Origin: Macrostomum lignano
Lineage: Eukaryota
DNA length: 64,000 nucleotides
Assembly (NCBI GenBank): GCA_002269645.1
Contig: NIVC01000697.1
Coordinates: 210,196-274,195 of the forward strand
Reading direction: 5' to 3'
Shown here piece after piece: positions 50,350-62,037 of this stretch. The translations under genes and the position numbers were made by a program. Within the stretch, counting starts at the first letter, position 1. Every line of letters starts with the position of its first letter. Below the pieces are notes generated by a model. It did no database searches. It was not told the origin of the DNA and saw nothing but the letters and a program-made list of their open reading frames with translations.

Positions 50350-50740
50350 ATTCCGAATCCCAACTCAGATCCCGAATCCCAACTCAGATCCCGAATCCCA
50401 ACTTAGATCCCAAATCCCAGCTCCGATGCGGAATCCCAACCCAGATCCCGAATCCCAACTCAGATCCCGAATCCCAACTCAGATCCCGAATCCCAACTCA
50501 GATCTCGAATCCCAACTCAGATCCAAAATCCCAGCTCCGATGCGGAATCCCAACCCAGATCCCGAATCCCAACTCAGATCCCGAATCCCAACTCAGATCC
50601 CGAATCCCAACTCAGATCTCGAATCCCAACTCAGATCCAAAATCCCAGCTCCGATGCGGAATCCCAACTCAGATCCCGAATCCAAATTGAGATTCCATTA
50701 CAAACACAAAATTCTATATCCGATCCCAGATCCCAACTCA
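50350..50740. repeat. ~19-bp repeat with 114-bp higher-order structure
   Basis: ccgaatcccaactcagatc units. Confidence 0.9.
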
Positions 50741-50774
50741 AATTAAATCCCTTCTCAAACAACCCTTGCGACAG

Positions 50775-51364
50775 GCGAGAAGGTGGCCCTGGAAGGCGCC
50801 TTCGTCAAGACCGCCAGCTTCGTGAACGAGACCTTCGCAAACTGCCTGTCGGAGCGCGGCCTGCTGCTGCCCGAGTTCACCCAGCGCCTGCTCTCGTCGC
50901 CGCAGTTTGCAGAGCGCCTGGCCTCCAGCATGCTGAACATCCTGCTGGCCCTCGGCGGCCACAACTCCAGCTCGGTGTGCAACGTCACAGGGGTCGCCAC
51001 GGCGGTGGCTTCGGCGGGCTCCGCGGCTGCGTCCTCCTCGCCGGCGGCGGCGGCAGCGGCTGCTCGTTCGTCAACAGCTGGACGACCGGCGTCGGCAACT
51101 GCCGCTGGACTCCGGTTGAGACGGGCGGCAAGCGGGGGCGGCAGCAGCGGAGGCGGCGGCGGCGGAGGCGGCAGCAGTGGAGGCGGCGGCGGCGGAGTTC
51201 GAATATTCAGCAGCTACCAGCAGGATTACAGCCACGCGAAGCTGCTGCACGACGTGTCCTCGGTGCTGCACTACGTCAGCATCGGCATTCTGGGCCTGTT
51301 CGTGCTGGAGGTGGCACTGAAAGTTGCCTGCTTGGGACGGAACTTCGTGAGGGAAAAATTTGAG
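50775..51364 (+). CDS. HVCN1: Hv exon: long S1-S2 loop plus S2
   Basis: Ends VSSVLHYVSIGILGLFVLEVALKVACLGRNFVREKFE, matching Hv1 S2 ([22 protein letters not shown]...HHKFE); cag acceptor, GTAAAG donor; phases 1 and 0 consistent. Confidence 0.92.
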
Positions 51365-51419
51365 GTAAAGTTTTACTTGTCTGTTAGAATTTTAGCTCAC
51401 TAGAGAGGACTGGGGAATA

Positions 51420-51615
51420 GCAGGGAGAGCAGACAGGGAAACAGCACGGAGACAGGATGTGGGGAGGGGAACAGACAGGGAAACAGCACGGAGACAGGAT
51501 GTGGGGAGGGGAACAGACAGGGAAACAGCACGGAGACAGGATGTGGGGAGGGGAACAGACAGGGAAACAGCACGGAGACAGGATGTGGGGAGGGGAACAG
51601 ACAGGGAAACAGCAT
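51420..51615. repeat. 42-bp minisatellite
   Basis: Unit gggaacagacagggaaacagcacggagacaggatgtggggag. Confidence 0.95.
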
Positions 51616-52149
51616 TTAATTTGGCCAAATTAAGCTTCCCGAGGAAAGGTATGCGGAAAATCAAAAGAACATTTAGTGAAAAAAGACTAGCTAGGACTAA
51701 AAGTCTTTTATGACTGACTGTATGGAAACAAGGTTCAAGGTGGCCAGGGGGGTGTTTTGGCAGGAAGTGCGTGCAGGCGCAAACAGGGGGGCTGTCGGTC
51801 ATGGAAGACGAGCAGGGAAATTCCATTCTGCCCAGTCTGGTCCGGGAAGGGGAGGGGTACAGAGAGACAGAGAGGAGCGGCGTAAGAATGCCGAAAGTAA
51901 AAGTAATGATAACAGGGCCTTGGACACGGACCTGTGCCGTGCGTGTGCCAAGGAGTGGCCTTGAGAGATAGAAAGCACTCGGAATTCTACAGGGGTGATG
52001 TGGACCCCGGGGCTAGTGAAACAGGATATTCATACTTGCGGAGCCAAGTTGGGGTGGCGGCATGTTCCAGCGAATATTTCTGCTGGGACCACCCACCCCG
52101 CGATGCTGAGGTACTAATTACTGACTGATTGTGTGATTGTGGCTGCATG

Positions 52150-52375
52150 AATCAGCACTGAGTGTGTGATTGTGCCTGCGGGACTCAGCACTGAGTGAGT
52201 GAGATTGTGGCTGCGGGACTCAGCACTGAGTGAGTGAGATTGTGGCTGCGGGACTCAGCACTGAGTGAGTGAGATTGTGGCTGCGGGACTCAGCACTGAG
52301 TGTGTGATTGTGGCTGCGGGACTCAGCACTGAGTGTGTGATTGTGGCTGCGGGACTCAGCACTGTGTGTGACTGA
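52150..52375. repeat. 35-bp minisatellite
   Basis: Unit gattgtggctgcgggactcagcactgagtgagtga. Confidence 0.93.
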
Positions 52376-52428
52376 GAGACAGACTGCAAAAGAGATTTAC
52401 GACCCAATGTGACTGTACACCCGCGCAG

Positions 52429-52552
52429 ATCGTGGACGCCACAGTGATCCTGATCTCATTCGTGGCAGACATCGTGTTCGTGAAGCTGGAATCCACAGAG
52501 GTGTCTGTCATGGTTCTGTTCCTGCTGTGGCGCATTGTCCGCGTCATCAATG
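52429..52552 (+). CDS. HVCN1: Hv exon: S3-S4
   Basis: IVDATVILISFVADIVFVKLESTEVSVMVLFLLWRIVRVING versus Hv1 ILDAVVVVVSFILDIV...LLILLRLWRVARIING. Confidence 0.95.
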
Positions 52553-53471
52553 GTGAGTTATAGCCAGTCTCCTAATTAAATTAATGGGCATCACTAGTTT
52601 GGGAAAGATATTGTCTTTTTGCCAATGAAATTCAAATTCAGACATGAAGACTTTTTTTCTAAAATTGAATTTTCAATATTGCTTTTGATTAATTGAAAAA
52701 GGCTTTTTAACGACTTTTTGGTAGGGTTGTTCGCTAATTGCTTTCAGAAACTCAATGTGATTAATTTTATTGCTGCGGAATATTGCTGCGTATTTATACT
52801 GTACACACGCTCACTCAGGGTGTACATCGGCCCTGGCTTTCTAATCGGCAGACATGTACACTGTCTGTGCCTTGAGGGTTGGCGCTTGATCGGGAAGAAC
52901 GGGTTTGTAAGCATGCAGCGTTAGAGCTTAGGAACTTTTCGCAATGCCAAAAAGAAGATTCGTTTTGGTCAGCCATCCGCTATAACTGGAGGCAGAGGCC
53001 CGAACTTGCCAATGCATTTCACGAGTATTTGTTTGCCTTTTCCCGTGACTGACTGGCACCTGCGCGCCAGGTGCGGCAGTGCCTGCAAGCCTCTCCGGCC
53101 CTCCTGCTGTGGGATGCAATTTCAGCTGGAAACTGCGGGGATTACAAGCGGGCTCAGGTGTTAATTTGTAATCGGCGAGCTGAAATAACTGCATTCTACA
53201 AGCTATCACAGCTTATTAATGGCGTACACACTGTAGTAGTGCATGCCAAGTAGTTCTCCCCTGGTTTTATACTGTTAATTACACGGTTCGCTTGTACCAA
53301 AGTGATTGGGTGCGAGGCTGCACTTTTCATGGATGCGGCAGTTTCCAGCTGGGCTTGCGCGAGTTTTAGGGCTTCCGTGTAAAGCCAAGTTTAATTTTGC
53401 GGCTTGTGCACGAAAATTGGCCGAAGGCTGTACATGCCGTACTATGGGAGGAGTCTGGGCTGTACACCCTG

Positions 53472-55054
53472 CAGGGACGTCGCCACCGGGGGGACATGTC
53501 CCCCCCCCAGTAAAAGCTATGGGGGGACATGCCAATGCTTTGTCCCCCCCCACCCCACCTTGTTGACCCGTTATGGAAATCAATAATTTTGCTTCAGGGC
53601 GACAAAACATAGCGCCTGCGGTGCCAAAATGAGCGCCTGCGGTGCCAAAATGAGTACCTGCGGTGCCAAAATGAGCGCCTGCGGTGCCAAAATGTGTGGC
53701 CAAAATGAGCGCCTGCGGTGCCAAAATGAGCGCCTGCGGCACCAAAATGAGCGCCTGCGGTGCCAAAATGAGCGCCTGCGGCACCAAAATGAGCGCCTGC
53801 GGTGCCAAAATGAGCGCCTGCGGCACCAAAATGAGCGCCTGCGGTGCCAAAATGAGTGGCCAAAATGAGTACCTGCGGTGCCAAAATGAGCGCCTGCGGC
53901 ACCAAAATGAGCGCCTGCGGTGCCAAAATGAGTACCTGCGGTGCCAAAATGAGCGCCTGCGGTGCCAAAATGTGTGGCCAAAATGAGCGCCTGCGGTGCC
54001 AAAATGAGCGCCTGCGGCACCAAAATGAGCGCCTGCGGTGCCAAAATGAGCGCCTGCGGCACCAAAATGAGCGCCTGCGGTGCCAAAATGAGTGGCCAAA
54101 ATGAGTACCTGCGGTGCCAAAATGAGCGCCTGCGGCACCAAAATGAGCGCCTGCGGTGCCAAAATAAGTACCTGCGGTGCCAAAATGAGCGCCTGCGGTG
54201 CCAAAATGTGTGGCCAAAATGAGCGCCTGCGGTGCCAAAATGAGCGCCTGCGGCACCAAAATGAGCGCCTGCGGTGCCAAAATGAGCGCCTGCGGCACCA
54301 AAATGAGCGCCTGCGGTGCCAAAATGAGTGGCCAAAATGAGTACCTGCGGTGCCAAAATGAGCGCCTGCGGCACCAAAATGAGCGCCTGCGGTGCCAAAA
54401 TGAGTACCTGCGGTGCCAAAATGAGTACCTGAGGTGCCAAAATGAGCGCCTGCGGCACCAAAATGAGCGCCTGCGGTGCCAAAATAAGTGTCTGCGGCGC
54501 TAAAATGAGTGCCTGCGGTGCCAAAATGTGTGGCCAAAATGAGTACCTGAGGTGCCAAAATGAGCGCCTGCGGCACCAAAATGAGCGCCTGCGGTGCCAA
54601 AATAAGTGTCTGCGGCGCTAAAATGAGTGCCTGCGGTGCTAAAATGAGTGTCTGTGGCGCTAAAATGAGTGCCTGTGGCGCCAAAATGAGTGCCTGCGGC
54701 GCCAAAATGAGTGTCTGCGGCGCTAAAATGAGTGCCTGCGGCGCCAAAATGAGTACCTGCAGCGCCAAAATGAGTGGCCAAAATGAGTACCTGCGGCGCC
54801 AAAATGAGCGCCTGCGGCACCAAAATGAGCGCCTACGGTGCCAAAATAAGTGTCTGCGGCGCTAAAATGGTGCCTGTGGCGCCAAAATGAGGGCCTGCGG
54901 CGCCAAAATGAGTGTCTGCGGCGCTAAAATGATCGATGACAACACCGATTTGGAAATAAGTACATGTACAATAGGAATTTTGTCATGTACATGTACATGT
55001 AGAAGTCTGGGCTTTGTCCCATCCCCCACCATAAAATCCATGGCGATGTCCCTG
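53472..55054. mobile_element. TIR element (CAGGG ends) carrying a 21-bp minisatellite
   Basis: cagggacgtcgcca (53472) and tggcgatgtccctg (55054), 14 bp with 1 mismatch; subterminal gggggacatgtccccc palindrome; no clear TSD. Confidence 0.7.
53610..54930. repeat. 21-bp minisatellite, ~60 copies
   Basis: Unit gcgcctgcggtgccaaaatga with periodic short variants. Confidence 0.97.
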
Positions 55055-55167
55055 ACTGTGTGAGCGCCTGCGTACAGTATCAGGGGTCGCATGGATGTGG
55101 TACCTGGTATAGCAACATAATCGTGACAGTGACGCTCACACAAAGCCGCTTTGGTCGCCCCTGACAG

Positions 55168-55283
55168 GCCTGATGATGCACGAGAAGCAGAGGGACGAAT
55201 TTCGAATTCAACTGCAGAAGCGAGCCCGGCGAATGTCCGAGATGAAGTGCGACACCCTGGAGACAGAGCGCGACCTTCAAGAG
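55168..55283 (+). CDS. HVCN1: Hv exon: post-S4 coiled coil (GLMMHEKQRDEFRIQLQKRARRMSEMKCDTLETERDLQE)
   Basis: Phase-1 acceptor completes ING-G; charged helical sequence; GTTTGT donor. Confidence 0.85.
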
Positions 55284-55839
55284 GTTTGTTTGTTTGCTGA
55301 AAAACAATTTGTTTGTTTCTTTTAGCAATGAATTGATAATATGTCACTTTTTAGACTACCGAATTGCGACTGAAGCACGCGCGCAGGCTTATTTCAAGGA
55401 CTACGTTTCTTGAACAATTTAGAAGGCAGGTTTTACTGAAATAATACATTACGGAGCTTTGGAGTTTTCATTTTATCAGCACAGAAGGCAGACCCAATGC
55501 TCATCTTATCCTACGCATCAAAAGCAACTACAATTTTTGTGCTGAAAAAATGAAAACCTCCTATCTCCGTAATGTACTTTTTAGGTAAAAACTGCCTCCT
55601 AGAAATTTTCCAAGAAACGTATAGTTTCCGGTCGTTCTAGCTGAGTAGTTCTTGGTTTATGTCATTAAAAAAATTTCGATTAAAAGCACTAATTAGAGTT
55701 TTGCCCGAACTTTGCTTTCTCATCAAAAAACATGACTAGTCAAAAAAGTCAAAAAAGTTCTTGTTTAGTTCTCAAACTTGAGAGAGATAATTTGACAATA
55801 AGATTCACTTCAGCCTAACCCTACACCGGATTACCGCAG

Positions 55840-55918
55840 AAGCAGATCCTGTTCCTGGAGGAGCTCTGCCGCGAGCTCGGCGGAAGCGAAGATCAAATCG
55901 GCAACTGCAAGCCGCGGT
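55840..55918 (+). CDS. HVCN1: Hv exon: end of coiled coil (KQILFLEELCRELGGSEDQIGNCKPR)
   Basis: ccgcag acceptor, GTGAGT donor, phase-consistent; resembles the EI..L..LL..HG coiled-coil end of Hv1. Confidence 0.85.
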
Positions 55919-56415
55919 GTGAGTTGCTCTGACTGCTAAATTGCTCCAATTAATCTCTTAGACAGTCGGCTCTCACCAATTGCTAAATTAACAAAAGCAT
56001 TACGACCAACGCGTTGGTTAAAAGCTTGGAAGCAGACTTGTTGCCTACTAGATTTCTTGTGCTTTTTTGTGAGCAAGCAATGCAGATGGAGCAGTTATAG
56101 AGGAAAAGAGATCGAAGCTGCTTATTAGCCAATTCCCAAATGAAAGCGTAGAGGCGGCTGGCTTTTTCATCATTGCCGAAAAAAGGGGCTAAAAACAGGT
56201 TCTTGATGCAACTGATGCAGCAGCCCACTCAGGGCTGGAAACTGCGCGGAGGAAGGCGCATTACTAGCAAATGCTGGCTGCATCTTTTTGTCTAAGCACA
56301 GCTTTTTTTATGCAGGTATTATTACCTGACATCAAATTTGTCGGAGTGAGAACGTATGGGAACCAATCAGGGATAGGTGTAGAATGAAATTGTTAAAAGA
56401 CTGCACTGTTCCTTT

Positions 56416-56912
56416 GGCTCTCTGACACCCACCGATCACACACATCACTCAGCTGTCCATGCAGCTCCGATGGCTCTGACACCCACCGATCACACACATC
56501 ACTCAGCTGTCCATGCAGCTCCGATGCCTCTGACACCCACCGATCACACACATCACTCAGCTGTCCATGCAGCTCCGATGCCTCTGACACCCACCGATCA
56601 CACACATCACTCAGCTGTCCATGCAACTCCGATGCCTCTGACACCCACCGATCACACACATCACTCAGCTGTCCATGCAACTCCGATGCCTCTGACACCC
56701 ACCGATCACACACATCACTCAGCTGTCCATGCAACTCCGATGGCTCTGACACCCACCGATCACACACATCACTCAGCTGTCCATGCAGCTCCGATGGCTC
56801 TGACACCCACCGATCACACACATCACTCAGCTGTCCATGCAGCTCCAATGGCTCTGACACCCACCGATCACACACATCACTCAGCTGTCCATGCAACTCC
56901 GAAGGCTCTGAC
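56416..56912. repeat. 54-bp minisatellite, ~9 copies
   Basis: Unit ctctgacacccaccgatcacacacatcactcagctgtccatgcagctccgatgg. Confidence 0.96.
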
Positions 56913-56960
56913 ATCACCAACCCATACGCCCACAAGACTTGCTGTTTTGTACAACTTCAG

Positions 56961-57499
56961 CGCCTCATTACAAAAGCAACAAATCCATCACCGCCCCCGC
57001 AGTCGTGAACATCAGCAAGCGACAGTCGAACAACGCTTTGAAGTCGATGGCGGCCATGTCGGCCGGAATTTTCGGCGGCATCGCTGGCGCCCAGCACCGA
57101 AGGTCGCTCAGCGTGCTGACCAGCAATTTGGGCAGCGGCACCCCGCCGACCACCTCCCGCCAGTCGTCAGGCCTCGACACCATCGCCGAGGACGCGGACT
57201 CGGCCCGGCCGTCCGCCGGCCAGCTCGACGAAGGCGTCGCTTTAGCCGACGACGACGGGTTAACGACGAATTCGAATGAAGATTCGGAGCCTCCGTCGTT
57301 TCTGCTGAACGGGCAGCCCAGTCAGCAGCAGCAGAACGATGAAGCCGTCACCCCCGACCCTCAGGAGCAGCCGCCGAAGCCTCCGAGGCCACAGCGACCC
57401 CGCCGGTTGCAGCCGACATCCCCGGTAGCGAGCAGAGGGAATCGGCTGGATGCGGATGATGACGCAGCAGCTCAGGAGGAGAACCCGTGGGAGCTCAGG
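56961..57499 (+). CDS. HVCN1: Hv exon: extended cytoplasmic C-terminal tail
   Basis: cttcag acceptor in phase 1, 179-codon GC-rich frame (SPHYKSNKS...NNALKSMAAMSAGIFGGIAG...EENPWELR), GTGAGA donor. Confidence 0.75.
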
Positions 57500-57679
57500 G
57501 TGAGAACTTGAGCAGTCAATCAAGCATCTTGCTATTCAATTTGTGCTATCGGACTTTTAACTTGCTTTTTTTCTTAGCGCATGTACTTTATTTGCCGTTA
57601 ATAGCTTCTTAAAACAAATCAATTACTTTAAATTACTTAGTCTAATCAGGGACCATAAAAAGTACATGCTTGCTAGGAC

Positions 57680-57711
57680 CATGGACAACTAGACTACTCT
57701 AGTTGTCCATG
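57680..57711. mobile_element. 32-bp perfect hairpin mini-element
   Basis: catggacaactaga-ctac-tctagttgtccatg; flanks gctaggac / gctaggag. Confidence 0.65.
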
Positions 57712-58065
57712 GCTAGGAGTTTACCGAGACAGGAACTTTGTTAATCAAGATTTAAAAAATTAAGATATTAAACGAGAAATTATGACCATCAAAACTTCTA
57801 AGAAACGAAAGAAAACTGAGTACCGTTTTAACTGGACGGTTTTAAAATAATGTCCGATATTTCGCATTAATCAATATGATACACATGTATAAAGATTGCT
57901 ACGTTTAAATGAATAATTTCCAGTCCAGTTGTTATTTATAGAGTCCATGTCCGCAGATCGCGAAAAGTTTCTTTTTGTATTTTCTTATAGTCTAAAGCCG
58001 CTGAACTGAAATCACGAAAACGAGACTGTAAACATCGCTTGCTTACTTTCTGCACCATCGTCCAG

Positions 58066-58086
58066 GCTGGGCCAGTGACTGGTTGA
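58066..58086 (+). CDS. Possible terminal coding exon of the Hv gene (AGPVTG*)
   Basis: Good pyrimidine tract plus ccag; phase 0 gives a stop at 58084-58086; GTGAGT donor at 58114. Confidence 0.3.
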   Translation, partial: AGPVTG

Positions 58087-59109
58087 GGAAGACTGCTTCG
58101 ATTGAGTCAGCGAGTGAGTAACTAACAGGCAGGCTATAGGCAGTATTAGCCGCAGGTGTTTGGGAATGAACCTAAGAGGCCTTAATAAGTGTAATTATCG
58201 GTACATGCATGCAGCTAGTCAGTTATTCCACAGGCACATGCTCACACAGGCTGTACAACTCTCGATCTGGAATTTGGCCCTCAGGGGCGAAATGCATTTT
58301 GGGCATAGCAGTCAGGTATACATGTAATGCCTATGCAGCTTGATGGCCACGCCCACCTGTGTGATGCGAAAAAGAATTTATCGAGTCACGCAAATAGTTT
58401 AGTCAGTTTTGCAACAAAAAATCTCAGCAATATCAAGCTGAGCGCGTGTTTTTCCTTTTTATTTCTTCATCAGAGATTAACAACAATAAGACGTGATAAA
58501 AATGTTTTCACGCAACTAATTTCCTTGACTAATAATAATAAGTTTCTCTATTTTATCGATATAACACATTGTACTGCACATAAGTGACGAACTTTAGCCT
58601 GAAGATTGCAGGTTCCTCGTCTTTCTTTAACTCTCCAATGATGCAGCGAACTATATTAAACATTGGTATAGAGCAATGCAGTTCAATAGCCTGCTATCTA
58701 TCGATTCCTTTGACTATTTAGACAATTAAATGTTATCATTTCAAGACAATTTTGCGACAAAACTTTGTTCGCACTTTGTTTCCTACAACTTTCACCCGTA
58801 AATTATCCAGGAGACACCTGGAGGTCAGTCGAGACGGCAACATCAGACTCAGGAGACCTTCTGTGTTACCGAATACTTGGCAACAACTTAACAAAGTTAA
58901 TCCACTGGCTACTATTCTAATTTTCTAATTTCTATTAAAACAGCGGTTGCGACTGTGGCCATATCGATTTATTAAAATAATCGTCTGAATTTATTGAAAA
59001 CAATGTCCATAATGTACGAGAGGTGTTACAAAAGTTTTCTGATTTATGTTTACCGTGAACAACGGGAAAGTGCAAATGTACTAAAATCTTAGCCTTAACT
59101 GGGCAAGAC

Positions 59110-59542
59110 CACAGATACTAAATAGCTAGATGGGCCACTCAGGCACATATACTTAGCAAAACAGCTTTCTACTTTCATTTCAGTAGCAAAGAAGAATACA
59201 TAAGCTATTTTATAAAAAATAAAGGCAGCTGAGATGACTTTGATAAGTTTAGGAGCCCACAAGCTTGCAGGCGTAAACAACTTGCTAAATTGTTTAGCAA
59301 TAATGTACATTAGCCTGTCCATGGCAGCTTTAAACTGGAATTCCGAGAAGGGCAATAAAAATTGGGATGCACGGAGGGGTAGTGTGGAAAGGCGCGGTTG
59401 GAGAGTTCAAGCTTGGGGGAGCCAATAAATGAGCCTTGGCTTTAAAAATACATTAAAATGCTTGTTTCACTTACTACTGAACTGAAAGTAGCTTACACGC
59501 AAATGTGCTGAGTGGCCCATCATAGTTATTCTAGCATATGTG
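59110..59542. mobile_element. 433-bp non-autonomous TIR element with perfect 8-bp TSD (hAT-like)
   Basis: ~40-bp imperfect TIRs (cacagatac...gatgggccactcaggcacat / atgtgctgagtggcccatc...atatgtg); ggcaagac at 59102-59109 and 59543-59550; second copy at 8209-8530. Confidence 0.85.
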
Positions 59543-60769
59543 GGCAAGACTAACTAAACATGTACATATGCTTAGTTAAGCTAAGAAAATTTCACCTCAT
59601 TTTGGACATTGGATGTCATTCACAGTAAACAGAGTTCGGAAAATTGCAACAGCACTTGTACATGTAGAATTAAGTGCATTCTGCCCTAAACATAATGTAT
59701 CGCTTACTAAGGACTACTATAGATACGGGACGGGAAAACTTCGTTTCTTGGAAAAAAAACAGTCAATCAAACTTGCCTTCGGTAACTATGCAAAAAATTG
59801 AGCCTTCAAAACATTAATTCCTACGAAACGAAGAGTCCCGCGCCGTACATTGATTCCAGTGTTCTTTGTGAAGACTTGAACTCGCTGCATCTAAACCCGA
59901 CTGCTATTGTATATAGGCTGCGAATATTGTATAGATTTTCTAATATTGTCGCGTTAATACCCACCAATACTCCCTACCTCGACTTTGGGTGAGGATATTG
60001 TGCTAAGCAATGCGACTGGCAACCTCTCTTGAATCTGTGGTCCCGCGATATTTTCCTATTATTTTTCCACCCAGACCCGATGGTTTCACACCTGCCTGCA
60101 TCATCAAATTATTATTTTCCGTTGTAACACGAAACAATTCGAATCAGCATGGCAGTTTTTACTCATAGAGAATAATTTTACAAAGCAATTGAAAATAAAT
60201 AGTTGTGCTGTTGATTGAGTTCAGCAGTTCAGACATTGTTGAGACACTGTTGTTTTTTGTCTCGATACGTTAAAATTTAGCAAGGTTGGATTTGCTTGAA
60301 TTCTATTTACGGAGCTCGATATATTGGCTCTGATTACTCGGAGCCTGCATGGGTAAAAATTGATACCGCGGATCTGCTTCGTACCATCCCTACAGGATGT
60401 AATCGACACTTATTTTCTGGCGTTCATTTTTGTGCCTATAAATGCTTCTGGGCGTAGCCCGAAACAGCATCTATTGTTACTAAATATAGAAAGTTTTAAG
60501 ACCATTCCAATCTGCTTCTTTTTCTTCACGGGCAAATGGAAATATTCTGCTTTTGTCGCTTGAATTTTGCCGGGCACCTACATCACATCGTCAGCCTGGG
60601 GTTTAATTAGCTAAAATATGCCAATGAAAAGTGAAGTGCACACAATTGTGAATGACAGACCTCAGTGTGTGTTTACCTGTGCAAGTTTTATGAATTTTTT
60701 GTTTTTTTTATTAACAAAACTCTTTAGCTTGCATTCCCGGGCTCCAATCGCGTCTTTCAGCTGGTATAG

Positions 60770-61110
60770 TAGGTCTTGGTGTTGCAACGCAGAACGGTCT
60801 CGGGCGCTACAGCGCCCGCCTCTGCTGGTCAAGTAATTAGGGTCTCGTTCTGCCCGACACTAACAAAAACAGCAACCAAAGTCTATCAAGCTGTCGCTGG
60901 ACGCCCTCAACCGTCGAGGAAAGCAGGGCGAGATCGTTGGCGTAGCCAAGCACGCTGAGCCGCAGCCGCCTCTCCGGTTGGCGTAGACCAACAGTCGTCG
61001 TAGCAAGAAGCCATCTTGGTTAGAAGGCAGAACACTCCGCAGCACCCCAGTCAAGCACCAGAACAAACAAGACGGTGCGAGTACATGTTATCTCCTTTGG
61101 AGCACCCCAG
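60770..61110 (-). pseudogene. Degenerate non-LTR (RTE-like) reverse transcriptase fragment
   Basis: Minus strand, with frameshifts: GVLQ.GD..LAP.LFVLVLDW.VLR...LGYANDLALLSSTVEGVQRQLDRL (YADD mutated to YAND). Confidence 0.75.
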
Positions 61111-61988
61111 AGGCTTTCACAGCAGATAGTAGAAGTACATTGTACTACTTATTAGATACTGACACCCCCCAAGCAAGCCAAATTTAAGCATTTTTAGTTC
61201 TTCTCAATTCCTATTTCTAAGTGATAACCGCTGCGCTCACTGTTACCTGATATTCACACATTCACATTTTTTATTTAAAAAAAAGAGATATTCGACTTCG
61301 AACCGAAAAACGAGAAATCTTTTTCACGCCCCTGCCTAATAAACTCCATTAATTTTAAGCTAGCCACCTGTAGCAATACATATTGCATGAGCCTACAACG
61401 TTAATTATCGGTACCATTTTTATCGCGTTGACGTTGGATTACAACCAACCAACAATACTAAACCGATGTGCTTTGGTAGGGCGGGTCAATCCAGTTGCCA
61501 GCCCGCCGGCCATTTATCAGCCAGACATTTACCAGCCAGATGTTTGCAAGCCAAGACGTTTATCGATCTAGGTACGTGTGTACTTTGAACGAACAAACAT
61601 TGTAGTTCATTATCTAGTACAAAGTACAAAGCTTGTTATTCATGGATTATTAAAATACTAAAGTATGGCTAACGAGGGTGTCTCTACTAAATGCATATCA
61701 TTGATACACGTAGACGTGAATTCTCAATGAAAAAAATTGTACAGTATCTATGCTATTTTGACTACTAGTGAGTAGTCTGTTAAGTAATATGTATCTACAG
61801 AGATTTACACAGTATATAGCAGTAGATTTGGTCTTGCCTACAGATAAAAGAAGGATTCGGCCATAGACAGCACTAAGAAGGGTGCCAGTGGCAACCTCTC
61901 TCATACTCTCTGTCGTCGTGAATTTCAAAGTTTATATTGTTAAATAATGAAGAATTCCATTTCAAATTTAACAATAGATTACATTTTT

Positions 61989-62037
61989 TCAATCCAGGTT
62001 CACAATCGTCAGTCTGTTGTCTTCAGCTACATCAAAC
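61989..62037 (-). CDS. RPL19: Probable last exon of RPL19 (FDVAEDNRLTIVNLD*)
   Basis: 79-bp intron 62116-62038 (GTAGTT...gctaat...GCGCAG) removes the apparent TAG and restores a ~200-aa total length. Confidence 0.5.

Noticed and set aside
53275-54865. Overlapping long ORFs on both strands (ILAPQAL, KMSACGA, HFGTAGA)
   Set aside because: All come from the 21-bp array inside a TIR element in an Hv intron.
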